A DNA stretch of 63,323 nucleotides, filler included, from Rhabdomonas costata (GCA_019059605.1; 39 parts of 39 records of this genome joined end to end with filler, not necessarily neighbours in it), one strand, 5' to 3'. Positions 12,395-25,265 are shown, counted from the whole stretch's first letter. Notes: generated from the letters alone by a model not told the origin. Numbers and translations are program-made.

Positions 12395-12704
12395 CCCGCA
12401 GGGCAGAGGTCTCCCGTGATCCCGTCCTGGGGGAAGGCCGTGGAAGCCCTTGCGGTGCAGTAGTACGACGCGTTGCACGGCGCAGTGGGGGAGGACAGCC
12501 CTGGGGTGGCGCAGTAAGACCCCGCAGGGCACGGCAGACACTCGCTGGCTGCCTGAAGCCCCGTGGAGTTGCCCAGCGTTCCCACAGGGCAGGGGAACTG
12601 CAGCGCGCTGCGGGTGCCGTTGGGGCAGTAGTAACCTCTGGGGCAGACTATGGGCATAGTGACGTTCACCGTGGAGTTCACCAAGACAGGGGCACAGAAA
12701 AACC
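12395..12704 (-). CDS. Exon of a cysteine-rich repeat surface protein (GCC2_GCC3/ephrin-receptor-like repeats)
   Basis: CPRGYYCPNGT, CPVGTLGN, CLPCPAGSYC, CNASYYC, CPAG. Pyrimidine tract plus CAG acceptor; GT donor at 12394. Confidence 0.85.
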
Positions 12705-13463
12705 CTGAAAGAAGAAAAAGAATACAGAAGGGAAAAAGGAAAAAAGAAGATAACGGAGCACACACGCGGCCAGTGCTGGGTCACAACGCTGTGGTGGACC
12801 ACCACCTCCAGTTTAAGAAAAAAAAAGTCGTGCACCTCAATGGTTCGACCCACGCATACCTATCGCCATGATGTCAATTTCCCCGAGAACTTTGGAGAGA
12901 ACTGTACCAAAAACANNNNNNNNNNNNNNNNNNNNNNNNNNNNNNNNNNNNNNNNNNNNTTAATTAATTAANNNNNNNNNNNNNNNNNNNNNNNNNNNNN
13001 NNNNNNNNNNNNNNNGTTGTGTACGCATGAAGTTGCCTCTAAGTTTATTTCTTCCTTTTTGTGCGTGCGCGGGAGGGTATAATGTTATGTTGGCTTATTG
13101 TAGTATGCTCCCAAAACTGCTGGTACGGGGACAGTTTTGCTCAAAGCAGGTAAAGCTTCACACGGCGCGTAGAAAATGCAATATCGTTGCAATGCAAGGG
13201 GCACTGTGTACAGTGTTTGCATGTGCATTAGATATCGACAAAACTAAAAAAGAATTATCAACAAAGCATATCAACAACATTTGCTCTGCAATCCCAATTT
13301 GTCTAAACTTGCCAATAAAAATCTATCCTAGTGTTCCGGCTTCCGAATTGTTTACAATTTGGCGCGATCAAAGGGGGGTCTAATCTGATCAAATGCTAAC
13401 GTTTCTATCCAGTATCTTTTTCACCATTGTCGCGGACACCGCGGTCAACCAGGAATCGGGTAT

Positions 13464-13545
13464 GGCCGGTCTTACGTTTGAGTAAATAGGGGCCGGGCTC
13501 ATGGTCGCATGGTAGATGGTTCGATTCCCTAACCCGGCCCGGCCA
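13464..13545 (+). other. Degenerate tRNA-like sequence (possible SINE head)
   Basis: B-box GGTTCGATTCC, a GGGCTCAT anticodon-like segment and complementary GGCCGG/CCGGCC ends. No proper A-box or D-arm. Confidence 0.25.
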
Positions 13546-15466
13546 CGCCGTCTTGGCTCCCGCCGGTGGACGTTCAGCCAGGTACCCTGGGGAGGACGAG
13601 GTCCACAACAGCCATCATCAAATTAAATGTGCGGCGTTTTCAGTCATGGGTGGCTTTCGGTGTTTTTTGTGGCCAAAACGGCTCTTAACAGAGATCGGTT
13701 TTTGTATTTCTTTGGTTGAACGCCAACAAAAAGGAAACTACTGTGACGACGATATATATTCATCGGGGGCGTGGTATTGAATGGAGGGAAGAAACCAGGC
13801 CAGGGGGGAGGAAAAACAAAAATTCTTGGATCCCCGCGCCCGCAGAACGGGCCAAAGTGACAGAAGATAACGAAATAATTGGGAACTGGGAGTCCTAAGC
13901 CGAGTCAGAATCAATGGCCGGTAGGCTGGAAGGCGAAGACATAATCAAAGAGCATCTGAAAACGAGGAAGCGAAAGCACACGAACCACACGAACTCGTTC
14001 TCCTCCCCGCGTCGCGTCGCGCACGTCGCGTCCTCGAAGTCATGCATTAACCCCACCTATCGCTTTACGGCTTCACTCGTTCCGTCCTCTGCCGCGCAGC
14101 ATTCCCCCAGTGGGAGGTTTACGAGTGGTATGGTTCATGCTTTGGGCGTGCGATCGACGTGCGTCCCTCCCACTCTCACTCCTCTTGTCTTGTGGGTTGG
14201 TCGGGTTGCTTGGCATCAGAATGACTCCACCTATCATCATACTGACATCCTGACATCCCGAAACGCATCAACGCATCTTGGTGGGAGGATGACAAGAGAA
14301 GCAGAAGTGTGACATTGGATTTACAATGGATGTTTGGGAGCTACCACCAACATCACCACATCCATGGGGTGCCAAAATCGTACTGTGGTAGGATCGGTGT
14401 TTGTGCGTTGGGTAATGTCCGCTTTGCACCTACCGGTCCGTTCCGCACTCATCCGTTCCAACATCGATGGCATGATTCGGGGTACGGTGATTTGGGTAGA
14501 AAAGGATCGCTACGCTACGTTCGGCTCTCTCCGTCCAAAACNNNNNNNNNNNNNNNNNNNNNNNNNNNNNNNNNNNNNNNNNNNNTTAATTAATTAANNN
14601 NNNNNNNNNNNNNNNNNNNNNNNNNNNNNNNNNNNNNNNNNAAAAACAGAACTGGGGGGGGGGGGTGAAAACTCAAAACACCTCAGCCCCTATTCCAATT
14701 GGACGTACCGTCGGCACACTTTTGAATAAAGCGGAAAGGAGAAACCAGGGATCTACACACAGGGTCACCCGGGAATACGATTTACAGAAAGATTACTGAC
14801 CAGCAAAATGAAGATTCAATCACCCAAACCCGTGAAGCACACGGAGCGCACAGACGTACACAGCGCCACTTTCCCTTCTAAGGCTCCGAATCCAGTCCCC
14901 GAAGGAACGTCTCCCACCGCCCCAGAACAAAAATGGCAGCAGGGACAACTCTGGAAAGTGCAGTCGGCAGCGAGGGAAAAGCACGCTGGACGAGGAAAAC
15001 GCACAACGCTGTGAACACAGGGCTGGATGTCTCAAAGGGAATCCGACTTCGCGGGTCACCCCACACTAGCAAAGGCAAATCACATTGAATGATTGTTAAC
15101 AAGGAAACAAAACAAACCGCTGCCACGCTCGCTGAAAAGGCAGGCAGCGGTTGTCAAGCGATGAAGCTGAGCATCTGCCAAATATCCACCACACTTGCAC
15201 CCAACGCACATTCCCCATACTAATACTACCCACTCAGCGCAACGTTGGCGGCCCACGAGAAGAAAGCACAGACACAAAAACCCAACCCAGCACTCCCGGG
15301 CACCACCGGCAGCAAACCAAAAATGGGAAAGTACAGCACTATGGAGCCCTGCAAACCACATCATTCACGCTTGTCCTGAAGCCTAGTTGCAATCAGGCCT
15401 GTAAGCATACAGGCGTGATGAATTGCACGTCCCGCACGTACCGCAGCGTGCCAGCCACGGGCCCTC

Positions 15467-16050
15467 TCACACGTCTTCATCACTGCGCAGCAGCAGTCCC
15501 AAGGTATGCGCTTCCATGCCAACGGCATCGATGGTTCGGCCTCGCCGTGAAGAGGAAGGTGCGTTCGGCCCTGACCAACCGAATCGCCACGGCTGCAGCG
15601 TGCACTGTCGCTCCAACCCTCCCCAGGAGGGAGTCCGTGAAATCCTATCACTCAGCAAGCTGAGCATTTGCTCTGCGTGGCGGTCAGTAGGGAAGGCTTG
15701 GGTGTATTCCTGAAGAGGTAAAAGAGAAGCTGTGCGGCCAGAACTGCGCGGTGGCCCAATCTGATCGATGTCTTCTTTACAAATGCACGCTTACCTCTCA
15801 ACACCAACGAGTTGCAACTACGGAGAGCCCATATCTGCACAGCCAACCCCCCCCCCCGGGAAAAGCACAGGCTGAAAAATTCCGACGTTCCAAAGTTCCA
15901 AAAAAAAATTTCTGTCGTTCGGCAAGTAAACTGATGAATGCACACCCGTAACTGCCGGATACCCACGTCATGTTCACCGCGCAGCACTGCCTGCATCGCT
16001 TGGTGGTAGGCTCTATAGGGGTCGTTGTTGTGCACCGCATCAAGCTAAGG
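15467..16050 (-). CDS. Last two exons (about 16050-15946 and 15709-15467) of a protein with a helical tail resembling protist adenylate-cyclase-like proteins
   Basis: A GT-AG intron (15945-15710) joins YRAYHQAMQAVLRGEHDVGIRQLR to EYTQAFPTDRHAEQML in phase. The family assignment is recalled similarity only. Confidence 0.45.
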
Positions 16051-16162
16051 CAGAGGAATCGCTTCGAAGCACGAAATAAGGAAAATATAGTATAAATGGC
16101 TTAACTCGTGCTTCGAAGCGATTCCTCTGCCTTAGCTTGATGCGGTGCACAACAACGACCCC
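16018..16162. repeat. Perfect 57-bp inverted repeat with 31-nt loop at a contig end (likely fold-back chimera)
   Basis: 16018-16074 is the exact reverse complement of 16106-16162. Confidence 0.9.
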
Positions 16163-19100
16163 AACACNNNNNNNNNNNNNNNNNNNNNNNNNNNNNNNNN
16201 NNNNNNNNNNNTTAATTAATTAANNNNNNNNNNNNNNNNNNNNNNNNNNNNNNNNNNNNNNNNNNNNGTTGTTAAAAAAAGCGACCTTTTAGGTTTAATT
16301 CCACATTAAAGGACTCACGCAATTTTTAAGAACCTAATCAGGGGCATCTCTCTCTGTGTAATTTTCGGAGTTTCTGGCGTTCAGGGGCACCAGGGTAGTC
16401 AGGACGAATTCTGAAATTTGCCTGACCTGTGAAAACTCTGGAGAAAGGTGAGAATGCAACCTCCCACCACCGGAACCCTGGAATCGATGTCCCACGCATG
16501 TAACTTTTCTCCTATGTCTCAGGATGTGGCATACCTGGGTGATTTGGACCGGTAACCATTCCAACGACATGCAAAAGGCCAACAAGCCGGCGAAAAAAGA
16601 GAAGCAGTCGTTGGCTTTAAGACCGGGTGCGTCCGAATTTTTTTTAATTTTGCGTTTGCTCACACTTCAAAGGCCGGTGCCGGGGCTAACGCCCGTCAAA
16701 TTAGGGGGTGCGCGCCCGCGATTTATCCCCGTCAAAGGAACGCACTAAAACCTGACAACAAAATAACAACAAAAAAGCCCACGGCTTTTACGGACAGGCT
16801 CGCACATGGCACCAGGCTTTTGGCTTTGCAATCACGGGATTTCATTGCCCATATGTTGCGCTATTCAAAGGCCAACAGCAATCTCCCAACGTTCGCCGCG
16901 TTCTAACCGCACAGTGTTGCACCGGTTTTTTCTTTTGCTAGTTTTATGTTAATTTCTCAGTATCCCGTGGCTCGCTTCCCCAAAAGCCCGCGGAAACGGC
17001 ATTTTGGAATGCCGGTGGGAAATAGGTCGCCGCCCTGTGATTAAAACGGGCGGCACGGGACGCGGGTCCCATGGCGGCCTTAGAAGGCCACGGCGCCATA
17101 GGGCAAACTTGGGCGGAAGCGGCACGTTTGTTGAAGGGCGCGTGTTTCGGAGCGCTTTGGTATGGGTGCCGCTAGTTTTTTTTTAATTCGTTTCTCTAAT
17201 CCGTTTTGTTGCGTTCGCCAGCGTCTTGCTGCGCGCCGGTCCCGTTTCGACCCGTATATTCGGATCGATTGTTTTATGACGATTGTTTCGGTTTCAACCG
17301 CGCGCTTTCTCCGATCCCCGAGTAAACCGTTTGCTCCATAAAAGCCCCAACCGCTTTCTTCCCCTATGTGCAGAAAAGAACTCAGTGTCTCGTCCGCAAC
17401 CGTCTGCCTCACACAAACCACGGCTGCATCTCTGCAAGCAGGGCCATGTACACAGCGGTCATTCCCACCAAAGGGCCCAACAGTGCAGGATGGCGGCCGC
17501 GGGTCCTGGGGTGGCGGGTAATGGCCAGGCCCAGACCCAGCGCAAGAGTCTTGAAGGCAAACCCCGTGAGAATCACACGGGGCACCACCCCGGAGATCTC
17601 CTGGTATTGCTCTGGGATAGCGCTCGGAGATAGGCCCTTCTGTTGGGCCAAGGCGACCTTGTGAAATTGCCTGTGAAGGCGCCCATCCCTTGCGAATCAC
17701 ATTTGCGCAGCGTTGCCAGTAGCAAGTGATTTGAACTGATGCCTTTTAGCAATAGAAAAATGGTTGCCACAGAAAACTGTTACCCCCACACCCNNNNNNN
17801 NNNNNNNNNNNNNNNNNNNNNNNNNNNNNNNNNNNNNTTAATTAATTAANNNNNNNNNNNNNNNNNNNNNNNNNNNNNNNNNNNNNNNNNNNNGTTGGTT
17901 TGTTCTGACTCCTACTACTGCAAGAATTCCACGAGAACTCATCTGTGCTGGTGTGGTCCCCGTAGTGGCTTCTTTCAGTTGATAAGCGGTGACTTTTAGC
18001 TTTTTTATTGAAGATTTTGACCATTTTGCAGAATCAACTGTAGTTTTGCAGCCATGCTCAACGGCTTCCTTTTGCTTCCAAAGTGTGCCAGGCGGGGGTT
18101 GGGGAAACCTCCCGCAACCCTCGATAAGCGCGGTCCGCGGAGCCACCGGGGTGCGGGCTGGCTCCCCAATGCCCCCGACCTCGGAGAGCTCCGCGAAGGC
18201 GGTGTGTGGGTGTGGGTGTTTGTGTGGCTTCCTCTTGTAAAGGTTACCCGGATGCATTATCAGCTTACATTCATACTCGATGGGTTTGAGGAAGTCCCCG
18301 CGATAGTATACAAGGCAGTGGGTGGTGGACCTTCTATTAAACTTCCTCTTCTCTAGCTATGCTTAATGTCGGCTCTTTCCTATGAACATATGATGCGCAT
18401 CAAGTTTTCAGTTCAGTGGCAGGGCACAGTGGCATACTCGGAGCTGTACGGGACGAGCACCCTGGCCTACCGCTCATTTTGGAGCTTCTCTTCAGTGAAG
18501 AGTTTGATTGAGTGGGCGGGAACCAGTTCCGCTGGGGTTTTCAGGTTTCTCATTGAACAATGCCACAAAAGGGGCCCATGTTGTCCGAGTTGCATCCTCT
18601 TTTTTTTTTGCTAACCATGCAACCTCGAAAGGCGTCTTTTACTTCACACTCTCCTGCAGACTCATCACTCACGCCCTCGGCTTTCTGTATCGCTCTGGAC
18701 TGGGCCACATTCAGGCTGTCACATGAAGCTGTCCTGTCCCATGTCACCTCTGTATCCCGCGGCGTCCTTGAAAAGCTGGACGTCAAGCTACCATGCCCAC
18801 TGTACCCCCCCCTCACCTCCAACACACAACCTCAGGTGCCCCTCCGTCCGGAATTGACTGGCGTTGCCGAGGTGCACGCGCTGGCCCACGTCTTGCACCT
18901 CCAGGGGGACGCGGTGGAGCTTCTGGTGCGGCGGATGCTACAGCCCGCTTCTTTCCCTGGCGCCTTGGCTGCGACCGCGTCGATGCCGGTGGAGGCCGTG
19001 CCAAGAGTGAAGGTGGTGTCTGGGGGAAACTGAGAGCCTGCGAGTGCCGCCCTCACCAGTAAAACTCCCCCACCTCAGCCTACACCGCCAGTCGGCTTCA

Positions 19101-19519
19101 GCTTTTTACGCCATGGCTCGAAAAACTTCAAGAACGTGAAACCTCACCATGAGAAAGCCTTTAAAGCAGTCGAAAGTTTGGATCGAAGCGCACCCCGTCC
19201 CCACCCCACCAGGCTTCTCCTCTCTTCTTCTCTCTTCTTCTCTTCTGATCGGCCTCGGCGGTCTCCTCTTTGCATCAATCTACCCTTTGAGTTCACGAGC
19301 GTAGATGGAGCATAGCGACATCGTAGCGAGAGCGTCGCCGGAGGCGGAGGCGAACTGCTGCTGACGGCTAAATTTTGTTCCGCACAATCGCAAAATTACC
19401 ACCCATCAACCCCCCCACCNNNNNNNNNNNNNNNNNNNNNNNNNNNNNNNNNNNNNNNNNNNNTTAATTAATTAANNNNNNNNNNNNNNNNNNNNNNNNN
19501 NNNNNNNNNNNNNNNNNNN

Positions 19520-21045
19520 TTGTTGGGTGAGGTCGTGCAGATTCCAGTGGTTAATGTCGAGCCAAGTCAGGGAGTGTTCTGGAGCTATGATGGCGTTCTC
19601 ACCCACAGCTATGCTTGCCTCTGGAGCGCCGATGCGATTCCCTCCTCTCCCAGCCAGTTGGCTCTAATATGCGATGGATTCCACTTCTCTCCGCAGGGCA
19701 CAACCCTATTCTTCCATCTGGTCCCGCGCACAACACTTCTGGGTGGATTCCCTTCGCCCTTCATTTTCTCTGCATTAAACTTCCGGACCTTGAGCCACAC
19801 TCCAAATGTGACGTTGCTTGGCCTCTGGCAGCCCCAGAGGGTCGATGTCCAACCCTCGTCCGCCCCTCACGGCACCATTGTTCGGGTTCACTTCAGCCTC
19901 AACACCACAGGTTCAACCGTGGGAACCGAGATCGTCTCCATTCCCTCGTCGTTCCTTCAGCCTGGAAGTTCGGTGAATTGGAGTCGTGACGGCAACACCT
20001 CTGCCTCCGCACCCCTCCCCTGCTCTCTTTCATCTATGTTTGCGCAGTGCGGCCCTCTTGGCACCTTCAACCAGAGTGTTGTGGACATCTATGTGTGGCT
20101 GGTTCCGTTCAACACCACAGCGGGTGAGGCTGGGGTACCGTTTACCTTCCAGGGGCAGTACATGCATCCGTGGACCTCCATCCCTTCCATCATTGTGCAG
20201 GGTACTTTCTCTGTTTCGGCCACTCCTCTCCCTGCCGGTGAGCTGTTGTCCACTCAGCCCGCATCATTGCAGCTACTCATTACTCCCAGCGCTGACAGCA
20301 TTGGCGGGGAAGAAATCTCCGTTCTTTCTTCTCTTCTGGAGGGCGGAGTGCTGAACTGGTCTCTTTCCAGCGCCCCAATGAACCGGACGTCGTGCCCGAC
20401 TCAAGGTTATCTCCAGGTGTGTGACTTGTCGCCTATTTCTGGACTACTGTTGGCGAACCATACCGTGAACATCACGCTCTGGTTTACCCCTGCAGTGACA
20501 ATTATTGGTCCCCTGAACGCGACATTTGTCCTGGAAGCATTCTCCTTCGTTCCAAAGCCCATCCCGTCTGGGATCACTGTGTATGGATACTTCTACCCCG
20601 AGCTGGGGCTCCCGGCAGATCTAAACCCCTCCGGCACTGTCGCGTTGAGGGGTAATGCTACGGTGACATCCCGGGCCCCTGGCTTCCGGCTGACTTACAA
20701 ACTCCGCACCACTGGCTCGTCTGTGGGCGGGGAATACATTGCCGTCAACCGAACCAAGATTGAAGGCTCGCTTTGGGTGAATACGCAGGATGCCCCAGCC
20801 GCCGCCAAGGAGTGCGCCCCTCCGCAGTCGGGGTGGATGATCCGGTGCGACTTGAGAAGCTTGGGCTACTTCGCCCGGAATACGGACTTCCTGTTGTACG
20901 TCTGGTTTGTCCCTTCCGCCGCCATTGTCGGCCTTCTGGATGCTGACTTCTTTTTGGGGGGCTCCTACATTCAGCAGGCTCGTGACCACCCGGTGATCTC
21001 TTTGACGGGATACCTTCAGGTTGTGAATGCAACTCCACCAACACC
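19520..21045 (+). CDS. Internal fragment of a large extracellular protein with about four tandem beta-rich domains of roughly 125-135 aa
   Basis: The whole contig is one open frame. Recurring units GS(T/S)VG.E....S....W....C....C(D)L....YVW(L/F)VP.....G; many N-x-S/T sequons. Confidence 0.85.
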
Positions 21046-21892
21046 NNNNNNNNNNNNNNNNNNNNNNNNNNNNNNNNNNNNNNNNNNNNTTAATTAATTA
21101 ANNNNNNNNNNNNNNNNNNNNNNNNNNNNNNNNNNNNNNNNNNNNAAGTTGGGGTGCTACGCTGTAGTCCCCGCTGAAAATTCGCAGCTTCCGGAGGAAA
21201 TGGAAATCTTCCCTTGCCGTGCAAGTGAACTTTGTCCCGGTGGCCCCAAGGGCAACACTCCTCTTGTCAACCTAGAGCCAGCAAGCAAAACACCAGCGTT
21301 TGGTTGTGTCGTGTCTGCTTTGGAGTTGTTCCGGAAGCTCTCTGGAGCTGGCAGAATGATTATTCTTCCTTGTCCAACACCTGAAGCTTGATTGCAACGT
21401 TCAACGATGACCACGACCGGGAAGGTTTCCTCTGGAGGGCGTGGGTTGGGGTACCGTTGAATTTGTCCTTTTTCTTCTACGACTGCAGCGCGGGTGTAAG
21501 CCTGTTGCAGGAGGACCTGTCGTCACGGTAGCCAGCCCTTGCGGATACTTTTTTTTGTCTTAATTGTGGATTTAGCTGACTGCTTGAGCGAGAGTGAAAG
21601 TTGCGAGGTGCTTTGGTCTTCAAGGAAGATGGGAAAGGACTGCGTCGGAGTGATGCACTTACCTTGTCCATCTGAAATCTGAGGACACCCTTTGCCCCTG
21701 ACTTTTAGGAGTCACTCGCTGTGTTTTCGTTTTGCTCTTTTTTGTCTTGGCCCCCACGCTGCTATTTTTCTGGCTGTTGTGAATACGGTTTTTCGGGTTA
21801 TAGGGTTCCTGCGTTCGAATTGTTTTCATTTAGCAATGGGCAGGGCCTTTTGACGGAACGCCCCGGTTTTGTTTTCGGGTTGTTTTTTGTAG

Positions 21893-22655
21893 GTGCACCA
21901 AATACCAGTCTTTTTCCACCTCTTGATCAAGGTGGCCTTTTACATGTCCCTATGCTTCGCCGGCCTCTGCCTTGGTTTGTTGATTTGTGTACGCGTGTAT
22001 GAGTATGATTTTGTGTTTGCAATACTCTGTTGGAGGTGCTATCATTGTGCTTATCTTGTCGTCTCACAGCATGTGGGTTTTATTACATTGCCGAACTTTC
22101 TGAGGAGTACACGGTGTTGACGAGAAAAGTCCTTCGGATTTCAATCATCGTACGTCGGGCACCCTTTCTGAGGATCACTGTTTTGCTCCAAGCTTTGCCC
22201 TGTTGCTGTTCTTGTGTGTGCAAAAGGTGGTGTGGGTGATCTGCGGAGGTCTCTACTTCATTGATGGTTTGCCCCTGTACGCGGTGGCGACGGAAGCGGC
22301 GAGCCATATTTGCTACTTTACCCTCCTGAAGCGCTTCCCGTTTATCAACGTGATGTCACCACCTTTAATCAGCAGCGCTGGTATGCACGCCGATAAAGAA
22401 GGTGCTCTTCGGTGGGCCTCTGGCAGCTTCACATTAGTTTTGATGTACGTATCAGCTATTATGCAACAAAGAGCACAGTGAATCTACACCGCAAGACAGA
22501 GACAACTGGTTCACTCTTCGCAGTCGCCTTTGTGCTGAGCCACATTGTGTGGTACTGGTACTTCGTGGACCCCTTTTCGCCGATGTACACCTACGGCCAC
22601 CTGCTGGGGTTCTTCTTTGTTTGCGTGTGGCTGGTTCCCTTCGGGTTCTTCCTGA
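21893..22655 (+). CDS. TEX261: TEX261/Svp26 (Erv26) ER-Golgi cargo adaptor; exons 21893-21974, 22070-22149, 22227-22380, 22524-about 22655
   Basis: The spliced product has CLACGFYYIAELSEEYTVLTRKVLR, IDGLP, HICYFTLLKRFPFI, LSHIVWYWYF and FFFVCVWLVPFGFF. Three phase-consistent GT-AG introns. Confidence 0.92.
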
Positions 22656-24025
22656 AGGGAACCAACCACAANNNNNNNNNNNNNNNNNNNNNNNNNNNNN
22701 NNNNNNNNNNNNNNNTTAATTAATTAANNNNNNNNNNNNNNNNNNNNNNNNNNNNNNNNNNNNNNNNNNNNGGTGTGTGGGGTGTACAGGGGGCTCAAAC
22801 CTCGAGGGCTGTGAGTAGGGGTCCGGCGCAGGCTGCGAGAAGGGGCTGCTGGCGAAGTCAGTGGAGAGGACTTGGGGTGGGGCAGCACGAGCCTGGGAAC
22901 CTCAACCTGTTGGGCTCCGATGGGTAGGGCAGGGGAAGGGGCCCCGGCACAACGGGACAGCAGGGCCTGCTCCCGCTCCTCTTCCCGCTAAAAAAGGGGG
23001 CCAGGAAGACAGCAGCGGACAAAAGCAGGGGACAAAATTGGCGACACCACACAGCTTGGCTCACACGCAAGGGACCAACCGGCACACCAGTCCTCAGGTC
23101 AAAGAAGAGAAGCGGAGAAATGAGAGCACTGCACAGCGAGATCCCCTACTTTTGGAAGAAATTTCGCACAACACTATCTTGGGTTGGGGCACGAATTTTA
23201 CTGAAGGGTTATTTAATTAATGGCAACAAATGAAATGGCTTTTGGGAATCTTTGCCGAATGACAATTTCTTTTATTTCGTTTCCCAAGTCAAAAAAAAAA
23301 ACAAAAAACCACTGCCAAAGAAGAGTTCAAGAGCAGCAGCAGTGCAGGTCCAAAGGTTGACAGTAATCTCCCTGAAAACATCCTGCTTCTTCGCAATTCC
23401 GCATTTCAGTGCAATCCACCAAGAAAAATCCAATTCATGGCACAGAAAACAGAAAGCACAACAAAAGGACCTCCACTTCATCAGCCCAGCTTCCCCTCAA
23501 AGGTGAGAACGGAGCCACTTCAAAAGACCCCGAAAGGCTGCAGTTCTCTGATGAACGGAACCCGAAGAACCCTCGGGGGCTGCGGGGGCTACCGATGGAG
23601 GGACAAGGGGTGGCCTCAGGAGAGGAGGTGAGCCAGGTGAGGCGGCTGGATGAGCTGGAGGCGAGATCCATTGTCTTGTTCATAGGAAGGGCGCTCGCGT
23701 GATGCCTTTGAGAATGGTCAAGATTCAATGTGATCAAAAAACCAAAAACCTAAATGCAATCTCCCAGTTCAGATTCTAAGTTTCAGTGAAGTGAGAAAGG
23801 GTTACATGCCGAGCCTCTTGGCTTTTTTCCACTGCCGAGCACACCGTCTAGCACCAGGGAGCACAGTAAAAAAAAACTCGGCCATTCAACCCAGGGGGTA
23901 CTGCTCTGGGACATTGCCGGGAAACTGGGGGCATCAAGGGCGGTGTCCGAAATCACTTTCCCGCCATTTAACTCCATAAGCCCAATTTAACTTTACTGAC
24001 CAGGTGTTCATTTAAATACGCACAA

Positions 24026-24270
24026 TTTATTTTTTATTCTACTCTCAGTGGCGAAGACTTTAGGGATGGCCGTAGCGCAGCGAAGTCATCCCGAAAACAT
24101 GAAGGAACGTAGAATGGGAGGTAGGGAGCATGCGGAGTAGGATTCTTCTTCTTCGTCACATTCACATTCAGCTCATTCTTCGCCTCATGCTCTTGTTCCT
24201 CACTCTACCCACTTATCACTCCCTCACTCTCCACCATAAGGTGGTTCGTTCACTCCGTCCAGGCGTAGTC
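24026..24270 (+). mobile_element. Possible end of a non-autonomous Helentron/DINE-1-like element
   Basis: T-run; short inverted pair ATTCTACTCTC (24036-24046)/GAACGTAGAAT (24105-24115); internal hairpin GGGATGGC..GCGCAGCGAA..GTCATCCC; then TTC/CATT-type simple repeats. Confidence 0.3.
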
Positions 24271-24419
24271 ACAACCAAACCACACACACCCAACACNNNN
24301 NNNNNNNNNNNNNNNNNNNNNNNNNNNNNNNNNNNNNNNNTTAATTAATTAANNNNNNNNNNNNNNNNNNNNNNNNNNNNNNNNNNNNNNNNNNNNGGTT
24401 TGTTTGACGTTACCTTTGG

Positions 24420-24514
24420 GGGTTAGGGTTAGGGTTAGGGTTAGGGTTAGGGTTAGGGTTAGGGTTAGGGTTAGGGTTAGGGATACGGTTAGGGATAGGG
24501 TTAGGGTTAGGGTT
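24420..24514 (+). repeat. (TTAGGG)n telomeric-type array, about 15 units with two variant units
   Basis: Read directly; the variants are ATACGG and ATAGGG. Confidence 0.95.
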
Positions 24515-25265
24515 CCTGGCCGTGGGTACAATTCTAAAGCAATGCCGTGTATTGCTACCTATTGGTATTTTCTTTCCAGCATTAGTTGGAGCTGAAGCCT
24601 TTTTGCTTCGCTGGTTGTCCCTGCCGATATTAGGTGCCCTAGGAGGGGTGAGGGTGTAACGGTTACTACCTGTAACCATTGCCAATCGTGACAACCTTTT
24701 CTGTGAGAGCATGTTTTAATAGCCGTTTAACGCACCCTCAGGTCACGTTCCCGTCCCTCAACTAAAGCTGTCCTTCTCGTCCGCACACATTCCATCCATT
24801 GACGAGTTCTTACCCAGCAGTAATTTTCAGCTTCTAAACAAAACACTCATCTTTGGGGGCACTGGCAAACTTTTACGCAACCCGCTTGAATGAAAATGTA
24901 GTCATTTCGAGAGTGCTGGCATGTTTACCTGAACTTAATTTAGCAAAAGCTTCAGGGCAGCTCTTTGTTAAGACTGGCAACGTTTAGCACTCCCTTTGGC
25001 TCTCCGTTGCAATGCTTTCAGAATTTGGGTATGCAGGAGTTGTTCTGGCAAGAAACTGTTGTTAGATGTGCATTGATTGGTCGCAATCTTACTATAAATA
25101 ATATATATATAAGTTACACTGCAATATTTTTTGGAATCATAGTGGTACGTGGGTGGGCCGGTGAGCCTACTACTGCTGCTGGGCCGAACCGGAGAGAATT
25201 TAGGAAAGTCGTTTTTATCTCATCAATGTTTGGACCCCCCCCATCTCTGCTCTCATTCTGTGCAG

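Noticed and set aside
13914-14541. Read-through of TGA 14310-14312 joining two ORFs (selenoprotein-like)
   Set aside because: No recognisable protein family or SECIS; chance frame continuity is sufficient.
16018-16162. Long perfect hairpin as a miRNA precursor or MITE
   Set aside because: It sits at the contig end, has no mismatches and duplicates coding sequence; best explained as an amplification fold-back.
24404-24712. ORFs with RVRVRV, NPNPNP and TLTLTL runs
   Set aside because: These are translations of the TTAGGG array.
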